Positions 49,279 through 58,666 are shown, counted from the first letter of the stretch. The stretch is DNA of 64,000 nt from Candidatus Aenigmatarchaeota archaeon (GCA_026397375.1 JAPLUZ010000022.1:24234-88233); one strand, 5' to 3'. Numbers and translations are program-made. The notes: generated by a model not told the origin, from the sequence alone.

Positions 49279-50115
49279 ATGAATATGATAAAAAGAGTAA
49301 CAATAACTGTAAAGCAGGACCTGTTAAGAAAACTGGACAGGATGATAGATAGGCAACATGTAAAAAACAGGTCCCATGCAGTGGAGCAATTAATAATAAG
49401 GGGCTTATCGAAGACGGATTTGGATACGGCTATTATAATGGCGGGCGGCGATGGGGCAAGATTAAGGCCAATAACCTATGAAATACCCAAGCCGCTTATA
49501 CCTGTTAAGGGAAGGCCGGTTCTTGAACACCAATTAAACATGCTAAAAAACTATGACATAAGAAATGTCACTCTGGCTGTTGGCGAAAACTATGAAAAAA
49601 TAAAAGAGTATTTTGGAAATGGCAACAAGTTCGGAATTAACATAGAGTATCTGGTTGAGCAGAGGTCTATGGGAAATGTAGGTGCCCTGAGTCTGATAAA
49701 AAATAAAATAAAAAACACATTTATCGTTCTGAATGTGGATGCATTAATAAATCCTGACATTTCTGAGATGTACACCTTCCATAAAAAAGAAGGCAGGCTG
49801 GCTACGGTTCTGCTGGCGCAGGTTGACGATCCAAGTGACTACGGCGTGGCAAAAATGCGCGGCAGTCAGATAATAGATTTTGAAGACAGGCCAAGCCGCA
49901 CAGAATCAAACCTGGTTGATGCCAGCTTCTACATATTCGAGCCAGAGGTTCTAAAATTTATGAAAAAAGGAAAAATGATGATGAAGGACCTGCTTAAAAT
50001 TCTGGTGCAGGAAAACCAACTGTCTGGTTTCTTATATGATGGCTTCCTCTTCGACGTAGCAACGCATGAAGGCTATGAAAGGGCTATTAAAAACTGGAAA
50101 CCAGCCTTTGCTTGA
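49279..50115 (+). CDS. Ribbon-helix-helix (NikR/CopG-like) DNA-binding domain fused to a sugar-phosphate nucleotidyltransferase domain
   Basis: N-term KRVTITVKQDLLRKLDRMIDRQHVKNRSHAVEQLIIRGL (compare NikR RVTITLDDDLLETLDSL...NRSEAIRDIL); C-term IMAGGDGARLRPITYEIPKPLIPVKGRPVLEH NTP-transferase. Confidence 0.6.
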   Translation: MNMIKRVTITVKQDLLRKLDRMIDRQHVKNRSHAVEQLIIRGLSKTDLDTAIIMAGGDGARLRPITYEIPKPLIPVKGRPVLEHQLNMLKNYDIRNVTLAVGENYEKIKEYFGNGNKFGINIEYLVEQRSMGNVGALSLIKNKIKNTFIVLNVDALINPDISEMYTFHKKEGRLATVLLAQVDDPSDYGVAKMRGSQIIDFEDRPSRTESNLVDASFYIFEPEVLKFMKKGKMMMKDLLKILVQENQLSGFLYDGFLFDVATHEGYERAIKNWKPAFA

Positions 50116-50145
50116 TCTTTTAAGATTAAATATTCAAAATTTAGC

Positions 50146-51993
50146 ATGCGGTTGCTAAACTGCATTCTAATCCTATTTTTCCTTGCTTACCCGTCACACG
50201 CTATAATCATAAATGAAGTAATGTACAATCCTATCGGTTCTGATAGCGGAAACGAATGGCTAGAAATCTACAATAATGATACAGAAACATACAATCTAAC
50301 AGGATGGAAAATAAATATTGATGACACAGACCATACGCTTAATGTCCCGCCAAGCAACGGCGGGATAGGATCAATGATAGTTGACCCTGGTAATTATGTC
50401 ATAATAGCGCAGGATGCAATAAAATTTTTGAGTAATTATCCAAGCTACAATGGAACGGCCATCGACAGCTCTTGGGATAATCTAGTAAATTCTGTAAACA
50501 AAACCATATGGATAAGAAATTCCACAAATGTATTTCATAACATAACAACCTTTGCTAATTTAACAGAAGGAAAAACGTTTTGCCTGATTAACAGCATCTT
50601 TATGGGATGCGACCCAACACCAGGATATGTCAATGGTCTTGTACAAAATACTACAGGTCAGACTGACGAACAAAACAATATAACCGGTTCGTGTGATTTA
50701 GGGCTATGGATAGAAACAAGTTCGGATGTTTATAACGTTTCCACAATTTATTTTGACATCAAAGTAAATGATACAAACTGCACTGAAAAAGATACCACGA
50801 TAAATTATTATATTCAAGATTTGTTCGGTAACATTGTAAAAGCGCCTGTCGATTCGGTCATCAATTTAGCATGTACGGCGTCTTTGCAGCACCAGTGGAC
50901 GCCCGATGACATGCAGGGTTCAGAAGCGTACTATATAATTGGGAATATTGTGAACGCAGACTGTAATGACACAAACATGAATAACAATGTCGCCTCAAGA
51001 CTAATAGTTGTCAAAGGAAACAACATTCAGACAGGTTCTTCTATAGATATAATTTCTGTTGATATGGGTTCTGACAATTCTGTAAAATATGGAGAAGCGG
51101 CTAACATAAAAATAAGGGCATATCGGGGCGATACATCAAAATATGCAATAGATGTTTGGATAGAGAATTCAGGCAAAAAACTCAGCAGTATAAGCACAAT
51201 GCATGCAAAGAACAAGTTCACCGAATACGAATTTCAGGTTCCTGTCCAATTGAAATCAAATTGCGACAACGCTTTCAATGATGGCGAATACGACGTTATC
51301 GCTGACGGCTTGGACATAACAAAAACAGCAAAGATAAATATTTCAGGCATCTCAACAACAAACTGCAAGACAATAACTATAAGCACAAGCGGTGGCGGAA
51401 GCAACTCGTATAGCTACACACCAAGCGAATTGTTTTCCCACGAAATAACAAAATATGAAAGTACCGCGGAAACAGGCGAAGAAATAGAAACTATTGTAAA
51501 CATAGTCAATAATTTCACAACACAGAAAAACTTCACGGTATATTCCTATGTTTACAAAGGCAACAATCCTGTTTCTTCCGGCCTTAATGAGAAGAATGAA
51601 TGGAAGGGCGGTTATACGGCAAACTCAATATCGTTTCTGCTTAATCCAAAGGAATCAAAGAACATTGTTCTAAAGAATAAGATAGATGAAGACACAGAGC
51701 AAGGCATGTATAATTTTAGAGTAAGAATAAAAGTTGACGGCAAGGACAATGATATAACAAAGGATATTTACGTCATAAAATCAAACACGACAAATATCAT
51801 TTCTTCTGCAGGATCGGGAATAGATTCTGGCGCAAAATCAAACAATATAATCGCAACCAACAGAACAATAGAAAAAGTTTCTAAAATGACGGGATTGATT
51901 ACAGACAAACCCAAGATAAACTCGAACTTGAATATATTTCAGCCGCCTTTGATTGTTCTGTTTAATTTTATAATGGCACTTTTCTGGGCATAA
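50146..51993 (+). CDS. Secreted/anchored lamin-tail-domain (LTD) surface protein, Asn/Thr-rich with many N-X-S/T sequons (candidate S-layer or surface glycoprotein)
   Basis: Signal peptide, LTD signature IINEVMYNP...NEWLEIYNNDTETYNLTGW, more than 25 N-X-S/T sequons, C-terminal hydrophobic anchor. Confidence 0.6.
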   Translation: MRLLNCILILFFLAYPSHAIIINEVMYNPIGSDSGNEWLEIYNNDTETYNLTGWKINIDDTDHTLNVPPSNGGIGSMIVDPGNYVIIAQDAIKFLSNYPSYNGTAIDSSWDNLVNSVNKTIWIRNSTNVFHNITTFANLTEGKTFCLINSIFMGCDPTPGYVNGLVQNTTGQTDEQNNITGSCDLGLWIETSSDVYNVSTIYFDIKVNDTNCTEKDTTINYYIQDLFGNIVKAPVDSVINLACTASLQHQWTPDDMQGSEAYYIIGNIVNADCNDTNMNNNVASRLIVVKGNNIQTGSSIDIISVDMGSDNSVKYGEAANIKIRAYRGDTSKYAIDVWIENSGKKLSSISTMHAKNKFTEYEFQVPVQLKSNCDNAFNDGEYDVIADGLDITKTAKINISGISTTNCKTITISTSGGGSNSYSYTPSELFSHEITKYESTAETGEEIETIVNIVNNFTTQKNFTVYSYVYKGNNPVSSGLNEKNEWKGGYTANSISFLLNPKESKNIVLKNKIDEDTEQGMYNFRVRIKVDGKDNDITKDIYVIKSNTTNIISSAGSGIDSGAKSNNIIATNRTIEKVSKMTGLITDKPKINSNLNIFQPPLIVLFNFIMALFWA

Positions 51994-52025
51994 GAACTTT
52001 TCGCTATATTGTAACACTGATTGGC

Positions 52026-52715
52026 ATGTTTCTAAAAAATTACCCTGCAATGAAGGTAGAAAATTGCCTTGTCATAACAGACCTGCATATAGGAATAACA
52101 AAGGATATTTACGACAGGGGCATAACCATACCTAACCAGGCAGAAAAATTGGCTGTTAAAATAAACAAGTTAAAGGCCCTGACTCATACAAGGAGATTAG
52201 TTCTTCTGGGAGATATCAAGCATAAGGTTTCAGGATTCTCAGTTCTGGAGAAATACGAGCTGGAAAGGTTCTTCTCAAAACTGAAGTTCAAAGATATCAT
52301 AATTGTAAAGGGCAACCATGACGGCAACATAGAAAAAATGCTGCCAAAGGGCAAAATAAGCGTAAGAAAGACCTTCGGTCTGGGCGAATATTTTTTCACG
52401 CACGGCCACAGAAAAATAAAGACGACAAAGAAAATAATAGTCATAGGACACAACCAGCCTCATATAAAATTCCGCGATGAGATGAGAGCTGTTTATGTGG
52501 AGCCTGTGTGGGTCAGGGGCAGGTTAAAGGGAAAGCTTAAGGGTAAGAAACTCATAATTGTTCCGGCCTTCAATGATCTCTGCGGCGCGACAATTGTGAA
52601 TAAGGACAAGCTCCTGGGACCGATAGCAAAGCAATTAAACAAGAGGGCTACACACATATTTCTGTTGGATGGAACGGATTTAGGCAGCCTGATGGATTTG
52701 AAAATAAAAGAGTGA
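52026..52715 (+). CDS. Binuclear metallophosphoesterase (MPE-like nuclease partner of Lhr)
   Basis: DLHIG, GDIKHK, GNHDG motifs; 229 aa; immediately upstream of lhr. Confidence 0.6.
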   Translation: MFLKNYPAMKVENCLVITDLHIGITKDIYDRGITIPNQAEKLAVKINKLKALTHTRRLVLLGDIKHKVSGFSVLEKYELERFFSKLKFKDIIIVKGNHDGNIEKMLPKGKISVRKTFGLGEYFFTHGHRKIKTTKKIIVIGHNQPHIKFRDEMRAVYVEPVWVRGRLKGKLKGKKLIIVPAFNDLCGATIVNKDKLLGPIAKQLNKRATHIFLLDGTDLGSLMDLKIKE

Positions 52716-52719
52716 TACC

Positions 52720-55491
52720 ATGACATTTACACTGTTTTCAGAAAAGATGCAAAAATTGATAAGAGAAAGGGGATTTCTGGAGCCCACGCTGGCCCAGCAG
52801 ATGGGTATGCCCGAGATTTTGAAGGGCACCAATGTGCTTATCATAGCTCCAACGGGCATAGGCAAGACCGAGGCGGCTATGCTGCCATTAATAGACATGG
52901 TTGCCAAGCAGGAGAGCAAACCTATATCCGTGCTCTATATAACACCGCTGCGCTCTCTGAACCGAGACCTGCTGGACAGGCTTTTTTGGTGGGCTGACAA
53001 GATGGGAATAGAAATAGGTGTCAGGCATGGCGACACTTCTGCAGCGGAGCGAACAGCACAGCGGGAAGCGCCGCCTCACATCCTGATAACAACGCCGGAG
53101 ACTTTACAGGCTGTGCTTACGGGAAAACTAATACGCGAACATTTTAGAAATGTAAAATATGTTGTTGTAGACGAGATACACGAGCTTATAGAAAGCAAAA
53201 GAGGAACCCAGCTTTCCGTTGTTTTAGAACGCCTAGAAGAATTGTCAAAAGATTTTCAGAGAATAGGATTGTCAGCTACAGTAGGTTCACCGCAGCTTGT
53301 CGCAGATTTCCTTGGCAAAAATGTAAAAATAATTCATGCTGATGCTACAAAGAAATATAACATAAGAGTAGAAGCGCCGGTGCCTGGACTGAAGGATAAG
53401 CAGATGGCTGACGATCTGGTTATCGGGGAAAATACGACAGCCCGGCTTCGCCGACTGTATGAACTGATAAAGGAACACACTTCTGTGCTGGCATTCACCA
53501 ATACAAGGGAGACCGCCGAAGTTCTATCGTCTCGTTTGCGAAGCTTGGACAGGGAATTGAAACAAGCAGTGCACCACGGTTCGCTGTCAAAAGAAAGAAG
53601 AATAAGAAATGAGCAGTCTTTCAAGAAGCAGGAGCTGAAGTCACTAATTGCAACAAGTTCCCTGGAGCTTGGCATAGATATCGGATCGATAGACCTGGTT
53701 ATACAATACATGTCGCCAAGGCAAGTCTCTAAACTGATACAGCGTGTCGGAAGGTCAGGTCATGGCATTGGAAGGACAAGCAAGGGCATAATAATTTCAG
53801 GTGACGAAGACCTGTTCGAGTCGGCTGTAATAGCGAAGCACGCCATGGAGAAAAGGCTTGAAGAATTAACAATGCACGAAAAGGCATACGACGTTCTTGC
53901 AAACCAGATAGTTGGGAATGTGATGGAAAATTATTCCATGCCCAGCGATAAAATATATGAAATAATAAAGAGGGCTTATCCTTACAGGGATTTGAAGAAA
54001 AAAGAATTCCTGGAAGTTCTGCAATTTTTGGAAACACTTCATTTAGTATGGCTAGACAAAACAAAGGACGGATACGAAGTAAAAAGAAGGAAGAAGGCGT
54101 TCACCTATTATTTTGAGAACCTGTCAACAATACCGGACAAGAGGCAGTACAAGATTGTATCTGTTATAGAAAATGAGCCGATAGGCAGTCTGGACGAAGA
54201 ATTTGTCGCGGAACACGGCCAGGCAGGCAACAAGTTCGTATGCGCCGGGCGTGCGTGGAAAATAATCCAGGTCTACCCCGACAAGGTGATGGTAGAACCA
54301 ATAGAAGACATAGAGTCGGCTATACCGGCGTGGGAAGGCGAGCTCATACCAGTGCCCTTTGCCGTTGCCCAGGACGTCGGAAGACTCAGGAAAATGATTA
54401 TTTCCAACGAAGAAAAGGCAAAAGAATTCCCCATGGATTCCACTTCATTCAAAGAAATGAAGAAAACCATAGAGAAGCACGCAGAAAAACACCAGATACC
54501 GGATGACAAAACCATGCTTATAGAGAATTACAAGGACTTTGTAATAATCCATTCCTGCTGCGGATCGCTTGTGAATGGTACATTGGGGAAATACATTTCA
54601 GCTATCCTCACAGCAGAGACTGGCGTGGCTGTGAACATAAAGAGCGATCCATACAGGATAATGCTGCAGACAGTAGCGAAGTCACAGGACGTCAAAAGAA
54701 TAATCGAAGAAGCAGCTAACATGGAAAATGTGCTTAAAGCGTCCATGGAAAGATCGTCGCTGTTCAAGTGGCGCTTCCTTCAGGTCGCAAGAAGGTTCGG
54801 AATAATATCCCGGAGTGTGAAATACGACAAATTAAACGTGAACAAGATAGTCACAGCATACATGAATTCGCCTGTCTATGAGGCGACGATGAATGAAGTC
54901 TTCATGGATAAAATGGACGTGGAAAATACGGAAAACATAATAAAGAAAATAAAGGACGGATCAATAAAAATGCACATCCAGGAAGGACTGAGTTATCTGG
55001 GCGAGCTGGGACTGGTGCAGCAATTTTCAGAGGTAATGAAACCGAGGCTGCCGCAAAAAGAGATTTATCTTGCATTCAAAAAGAGGCTGCTCACCACAAG
55101 GGTGAGACTTCTGTGCGTGAACTGCGGCGAGTATAATCTTGTTATGACTGTAAGAAACGTGGATCAGGAGCCGGACTGCCCGCACTGTGGATCTCGTCTT
55201 ATAGCCGTTCTAAGAAGAGGTCAAATAAATGCGCAGGGTATTGTAAGAAAGAAAATAAAGAAGAAAGAACTTACAAAGGAAGAACAGGAAGAATTCCAGT
55301 CTGTCAGACGGTCAGCAGACCTTGTCATAGTTTACGGAAGAAAGGCTGTTGAATGCCTGGCAGGTCATGGCGTCGGGCCGCAGACGGCCGCGCGAATCCT
55401 GTCGATGCTGCAGCCAAATAAGGAACTTTTCTATAAAAGCATACTAGAGGCGGAGAAGCAGTTTGCCCGCACGAAGATATACTGGAAATAG
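52720..55491 (+). CDS. lhr: Lhr-type (Lhr-core) superfamily-2 DNA helicase with C-terminal Zn-finger
   Basis: 923 aa; Walker A APTGIGKT, DEIHE box, SAT, QRVGRSGH motif VI, C-terminal CxxC...CPHC. Confidence 0.75.
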   Translation: MTFTLFSEKMQKLIRERGFLEPTLAQQMGMPEILKGTNVLIIAPTGIGKTEAAMLPLIDMVAKQESKPISVLYITPLRSLNRDLLDRLFWWADKMGIEIGVRHGDTSAAERTAQREAPPHILITTPETLQAVLTGKLIREHFRNVKYVVVDEIHELIESKRGTQLSVVLERLEELSKDFQRIGLSATVGSPQLVADFLGKNVKIIHADATKKYNIRVEAPVPGLKDKQMADDLVIGENTTARLRRLYELIKEHTSVLAFTNTRETAEVLSSRLRSLDRELKQAVHHGSLSKERRIRNEQSFKKQELKSLIATSSLELGIDIGSIDLVIQYMSPRQVSKLIQRVGRSGHGIGRTSKGIIISGDEDLFESAVIAKHAMEKRLEELTMHEKAYDVLANQIVGNVMENYSMPSDKIYEIIKRAYPYRDLKKKEFLEVLQFLETLHLVWLDKTKDGYEVKRRKKAFTYYFENLSTIPDKRQYKIVSVIENEPIGSLDEEFVAEHGQAGNKFVCAGRAWKIIQVYPDKVMVEPIEDIESAIPAWEGELIPVPFAVAQDVGRLRKMIISNEEKAKEFPMDSTSFKEMKKTIEKHAEKHQIPDDKTMLIENYKDFVIIHSCCGSLVNGTLGKYISAILTAETGVAVNIKSDPYRIMLQTVAKSQDVKRIIEEAANMENVLKASMERSSLFKWRFLQVARRFGIISRSVKYDKLNVNKIVTAYMNSPVYEATMNEVFMDKMDVENTENIIKKIKDGSIKMHIQEGLSYLGELGLVQQFSEVMKPRLPQKEIYLAFKKRLLTTRVRLLCVNCGEYNLVMTVRNVDQEPDCPHCGSRLIAVLRRGQINAQGIVRKKIKKKELTKEEQEEFQSVRRSADLVIVYGRKAVECLAGHGVGPQTAARILSMLQPNKELFYKSILEAEKQFARTKIYWK

Positions 55492-55521
55492 AACTGTAAT
55501 TTCTTTGTACCATTTTTGTAA

Positions 55522-56481
55522 TTGCAAGAAATTATGTTCCACGCTTTTATACATATATTACAAATTAGGCTGATGTCACATCCAATAATATCTAAGCTTC
55601 TTGTCGAGACTGGTGCGTACAGGGACCTTGATACGCCGGTCATACTGACTTCAGGACGCATAGGCATATACTACGTAAACACAGAAAAACTTCTTCAGGA
55701 CGGCGGCAAGTTCAATGATTATGGCGATAATTCACAACAGATGATAGCACATGCAATGCTAGTCATGAATGACAATCCATCCTTTGGAAAAGTAATAGAT
55801 ATAATGTCTGCAGAAATTGACAGTATGTTTCTATCAGACGACAGCAAAAATGCAAGGGCCATTTCAGGCGGGCAGAGAAGGGACTGGCTGTTCTCAGGGC
55901 CGGTCGCTGCAATGCTAGGTTATCCACACATTTCTTTATACAAGGATGGAAGATTCTACGCTCTTTCACACGACTTCTCCAAAGACGTATCAATAGGTGG
56001 CTATAGTGCTGTACACGTTTCGGACCTCATGACAAGCGGTTCAAGTTCCTATGATTCAAGGGAAACTCCGCCGACAGGATGGATACCAATGATAAGAACC
56101 GGCAATGCAAGAATCCATAAACTTGCAACAGTCGTTTCAAGACTCGAGGGTGGCGAGCAGGCACTGAAGAAGGCAGACGTTGACGTTTTTTCATTTGTTC
56201 AGATAGACGAGGACTTTGTCAGGGCGCAGTCAAAAAACACGAAAGCGTTGGAATATGTAAAAGACCCAGACGGCTGGAGCGAAAGGTTTTTGAGGGAGCA
56301 GGGCGTTGAAGCTTTCGTGAATGCATTCGGCCCGGATGCCATGAAGAAGGATGCAAGGGCATTGAAGTTTCTCAAGGTTTATAAGAACATACTGGACGAA
56401 GACGGCGGAAAGAAATACAATGAGTTAAGTTCTAAAGTAAAAGAAAAATTCGGTACAGACATAACACAGATGGGTGCTTGA
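55522..56481 (+). CDS. Orotate phosphoribosyltransferase-like protein with about 100-aa C-terminal extension
   Basis: PRTase-like segments (ILTSGRIGIYYVN; VHVSDLMTSGSS PRPP-binding-like), adjacent and overlapping pyrF; longer than a canonical PyrE. Confidence 0.4.
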   Translation: MQEIMFHAFIHILQIRLMSHPIISKLLVETGAYRDLDTPVILTSGRIGIYYVNTEKLLQDGGKFNDYGDNSQQMIAHAMLVMNDNPSFGKVIDIMSAEIDSMFLSDDSKNARAISGGQRRDWLFSGPVAAMLGYPHISLYKDGRFYALSHDFSKDVSIGGYSAVHVSDLMTSGSSSYDSRETPPTGWIPMIRTGNARIHKLATVVSRLEGGEQALKKADVDVFSFVQIDEDFVRAQSKNTKALEYVKDPDGWSERFLREQGVEAFVNAFGPDAMKKDARALKFLKVYKNILDEDGGKKYNELSSKVKEKFGTDITQMGA

Positions 56482-57382
56482 TATGATGTTCAAAAAACTT
56501 TGGCTAGAAACGGTAGAAAGAAAAAACTCAATTCTATGCGCAGGTCTGGACCCTGCTGATACCGAGATGAAAAGAGGACCTGAGAGCCTTCCGGCTGGAG
56601 TCAAAAAATATGACTGGACGATGAAATACATAGAAATGGTCGCTCCTTATTGTGCAGGGCTGAAATTTAATATCAATTACTGGAAAGGATTGACTGATAT
56701 CGAGCATTACGGAGAACAAGAAGGAAAGAGCGACCCGGAAATATTAAAAAAAGCATTGAATCTTGCCAGAGATCGTGAGTTAGTTATAATCGAAGACAGC
56801 AAACTGCCGGACATAGGAGCAACAAATGATGCTGGCATGTATTATGCTGAAAGGGCCGATGCAGTAACAGTTGCACCATTTGCAGGAAACCTGGGAGAAA
56901 TGTCAGAGCAAGCGAAGAAAAGGAACTTAGGCATCATAACAATGTGCATAATGAGCAACCCAGAGTACGAAATAGAAAAGAATAAACTGGTTCCGATACC
57001 AGAGTCTGAAAGAGTAGGTATTTATCCTGAAATTGATGTGATCTCAATAAATGGCCAGAACTATGTCAAGCAATATCTATGGCTGGCTTATAAAACAAAG
57101 CAGTTTGATGTTCCTGGTGCTGTCATAGGTGCTCCAAGTGCCAAGAATCATGTAAAGGAAGAAGAAGTACAAAAGGCAAGCATATACTTGAAGAATAAAG
57201 GAATTCTGATACCAGGAATAGGAAAGCAGGGCGGAGAAGCAAACATACTATTCAAATATTTCCCATCAGAAGACTGCATTGCCAACGTCGGAAGGGCGTT
57301 GATGTTTCCTGAAAACGGAGATCAGGAAGCGGCTGCAAAATACTACTTTGGAATGTTGAATGATCTGAGAGCAAAGAAGTAA
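56474..57382 (+). CDS. pyrF: Orotidine-5-phosphate decarboxylase, type 2 (long form)
   Basis: ILCAGLDP N-terminal motif, EDSKLPDIGATN (DxKxxDIG), PGIGKQGG. Confidence 0.65.
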   Translation: MLDMMFKKLWLETVERKNSILCAGLDPADTEMKRGPESLPAGVKKYDWTMKYIEMVAPYCAGLKFNINYWKGLTDIEHYGEQEGKSDPEILKKALNLARDRELVIIEDSKLPDIGATNDAGMYYAERADAVTVAPFAGNLGEMSEQAKKRNLGIITMCIMSNPEYEIEKNKLVPIPESERVGIYPEIDVISINGQNYVKQYLWLAYKTKQFDVPGAVIGAPSAKNHVKEEEVQKASIYLKNKGILIPGIGKQGGEANILFKYFPSEDCIANVGRALMFPENGDQEAAAKYYFGMLNDLRAKK

Positions 57383-57409
57383 TTTAAGCCTTGTTCTAAA
57401 ACTAATTGA

Positions 57410-58047
57410 ATGGAAAAAGAAATAGAAGACAATTACATAAAAGCAGGCAAGATAGCGGTGGAAGGAAAGGAAGAGGCAAGAAGGATAGTAAAGCCGGGTG
57501 TAAAATTTCTTGATATTGCCGAAGGGTTGGAACAATTCATACGCCAGGCAGGCGGACAGCCGGCTTTTCCCATAAACATTTCTATAAACGACATAGCTGC
57601 GCACCACACGCCGACAAAAAACGATATGGCTGTGATAAATGACAGTGATATTGTGAAGATAGACCTAGGTGTTCACATAGACGGCTATGTGGCTGATACG
57701 GCTGTGACGATAAATTTCAACCCAGATTACGACGATCTTGTAAAAGCTGCGGAGGCTGCTCTGCAGGAAGCGGTAAAAGAAGTAAGACCAGATGCCCTGC
57801 TGTCGGATATATCAACGACGATAGAAAATACAATAAAGGGATTTGGCTACAAGCCGATAGAAAACCTTACAGGGCACGGATTGGCGCAGTATGATTTGCA
57901 TACGGAGCCTACTGTAATTGCGCGAACGCGGCGCAATCCACGACTTTTTCGTGCTGAAGGAATCAAAGAAGGGCATGGTTTCCCAGGCTGAACACACGTT
58001 AATAGTCAAGGACAAGCCGATCGTGATAACAAAATAAAACGTGGAAT
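57410..58047 (+). pseudogene. map: Methionine aminopeptidase (type 2/archaeal) remnant with internal deletion of about 95 codons plus frame change
   Basis: N-terminal 2/3 aligns colinearly with archaeal MetAP (GGQPAFPINISINDIAAHHTP, VHIDGYVADTAVT) then stops after IKEGHGFPG; the C-terminal tail AEHTLIVKDKPIVITK appears in frame +1 at 57990-58047. Confidence 0.5.
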
Positions 58048-58619
58048 ATATATACTTTCGTTTGACTAATAGAATTAGTGATTCTATGATAGCTATAGTC
58101 GACAACGGCAAAGGCGCAGATGATATAGAAAGATTTATTCGCGGGGCAAAAGAAGTCGTGACACCAAATGAGGCGTTGAAGTCAAAGGCATCTGCTTTTA
58201 TCCTGACAGATGGCGACATGAAACACCAGAAAGCCAATGTGGAACTCATTAAAAAAACAAACAAGCCATTGCTTGGAATAGGTATTGGTTATATATTTCT
58301 AGGTGTAGCATATGGCGCGAAAACAAAGGAAACGAAATTCGATAAAACAGATCACGCAAAAATAGAACATGCATGTCCATTAACACTGGACCTGAAGAAA
58401 ATGTTCACGGTCATGCAGAACTGCCGTCACGCATTTATAGAGCTGCCGGAGAACTTTCAAGTTGTTGCCTCTTCTCCAAAATATGAGTACAAAATAATAT
58501 CTGAGAACAACAAACCATTCTTCGGCGTACACTTCAACCCGGAGATGGGCGGTGACGGATTAAAAATAATAGACAACTTTGTGAAGTTTGTGGACATCTG
58601 GGGAAAGTACCACAGTTGA
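58041..58619 (+). CDS. Class I glutamine amidotransferase-like protein (GuaA-subunit-A-like) lacking catalytic Cys and His
   Basis: Colinear with archaeal GMP synthase subunit A, but GICLGHQ is GIGIGYI and GVQFHPE is GVHFNPE. Confidence 0.5.
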   Translation: MEYIYFRLTNRISDSMIAIVDNGKGADDIERFIRGAKEVVTPNEALKSKASAFILTDGDMKHQKANVELIKKTNKPLLGIGIGYIFLGVAYGAKTKETKFDKTDHAKIEHACPLTLDLKKMFTVMQNCRHAFIELPENFQVVASSPKYEYKIISENNKPFFGVHFNPEMGGDGLKIIDNFVKFVDIWGKYHS

Positions 58620-58666
58620 AAGTAAAAACAATTTCTTAGAGGTTTTTATAGATTGATCTCAAATAT

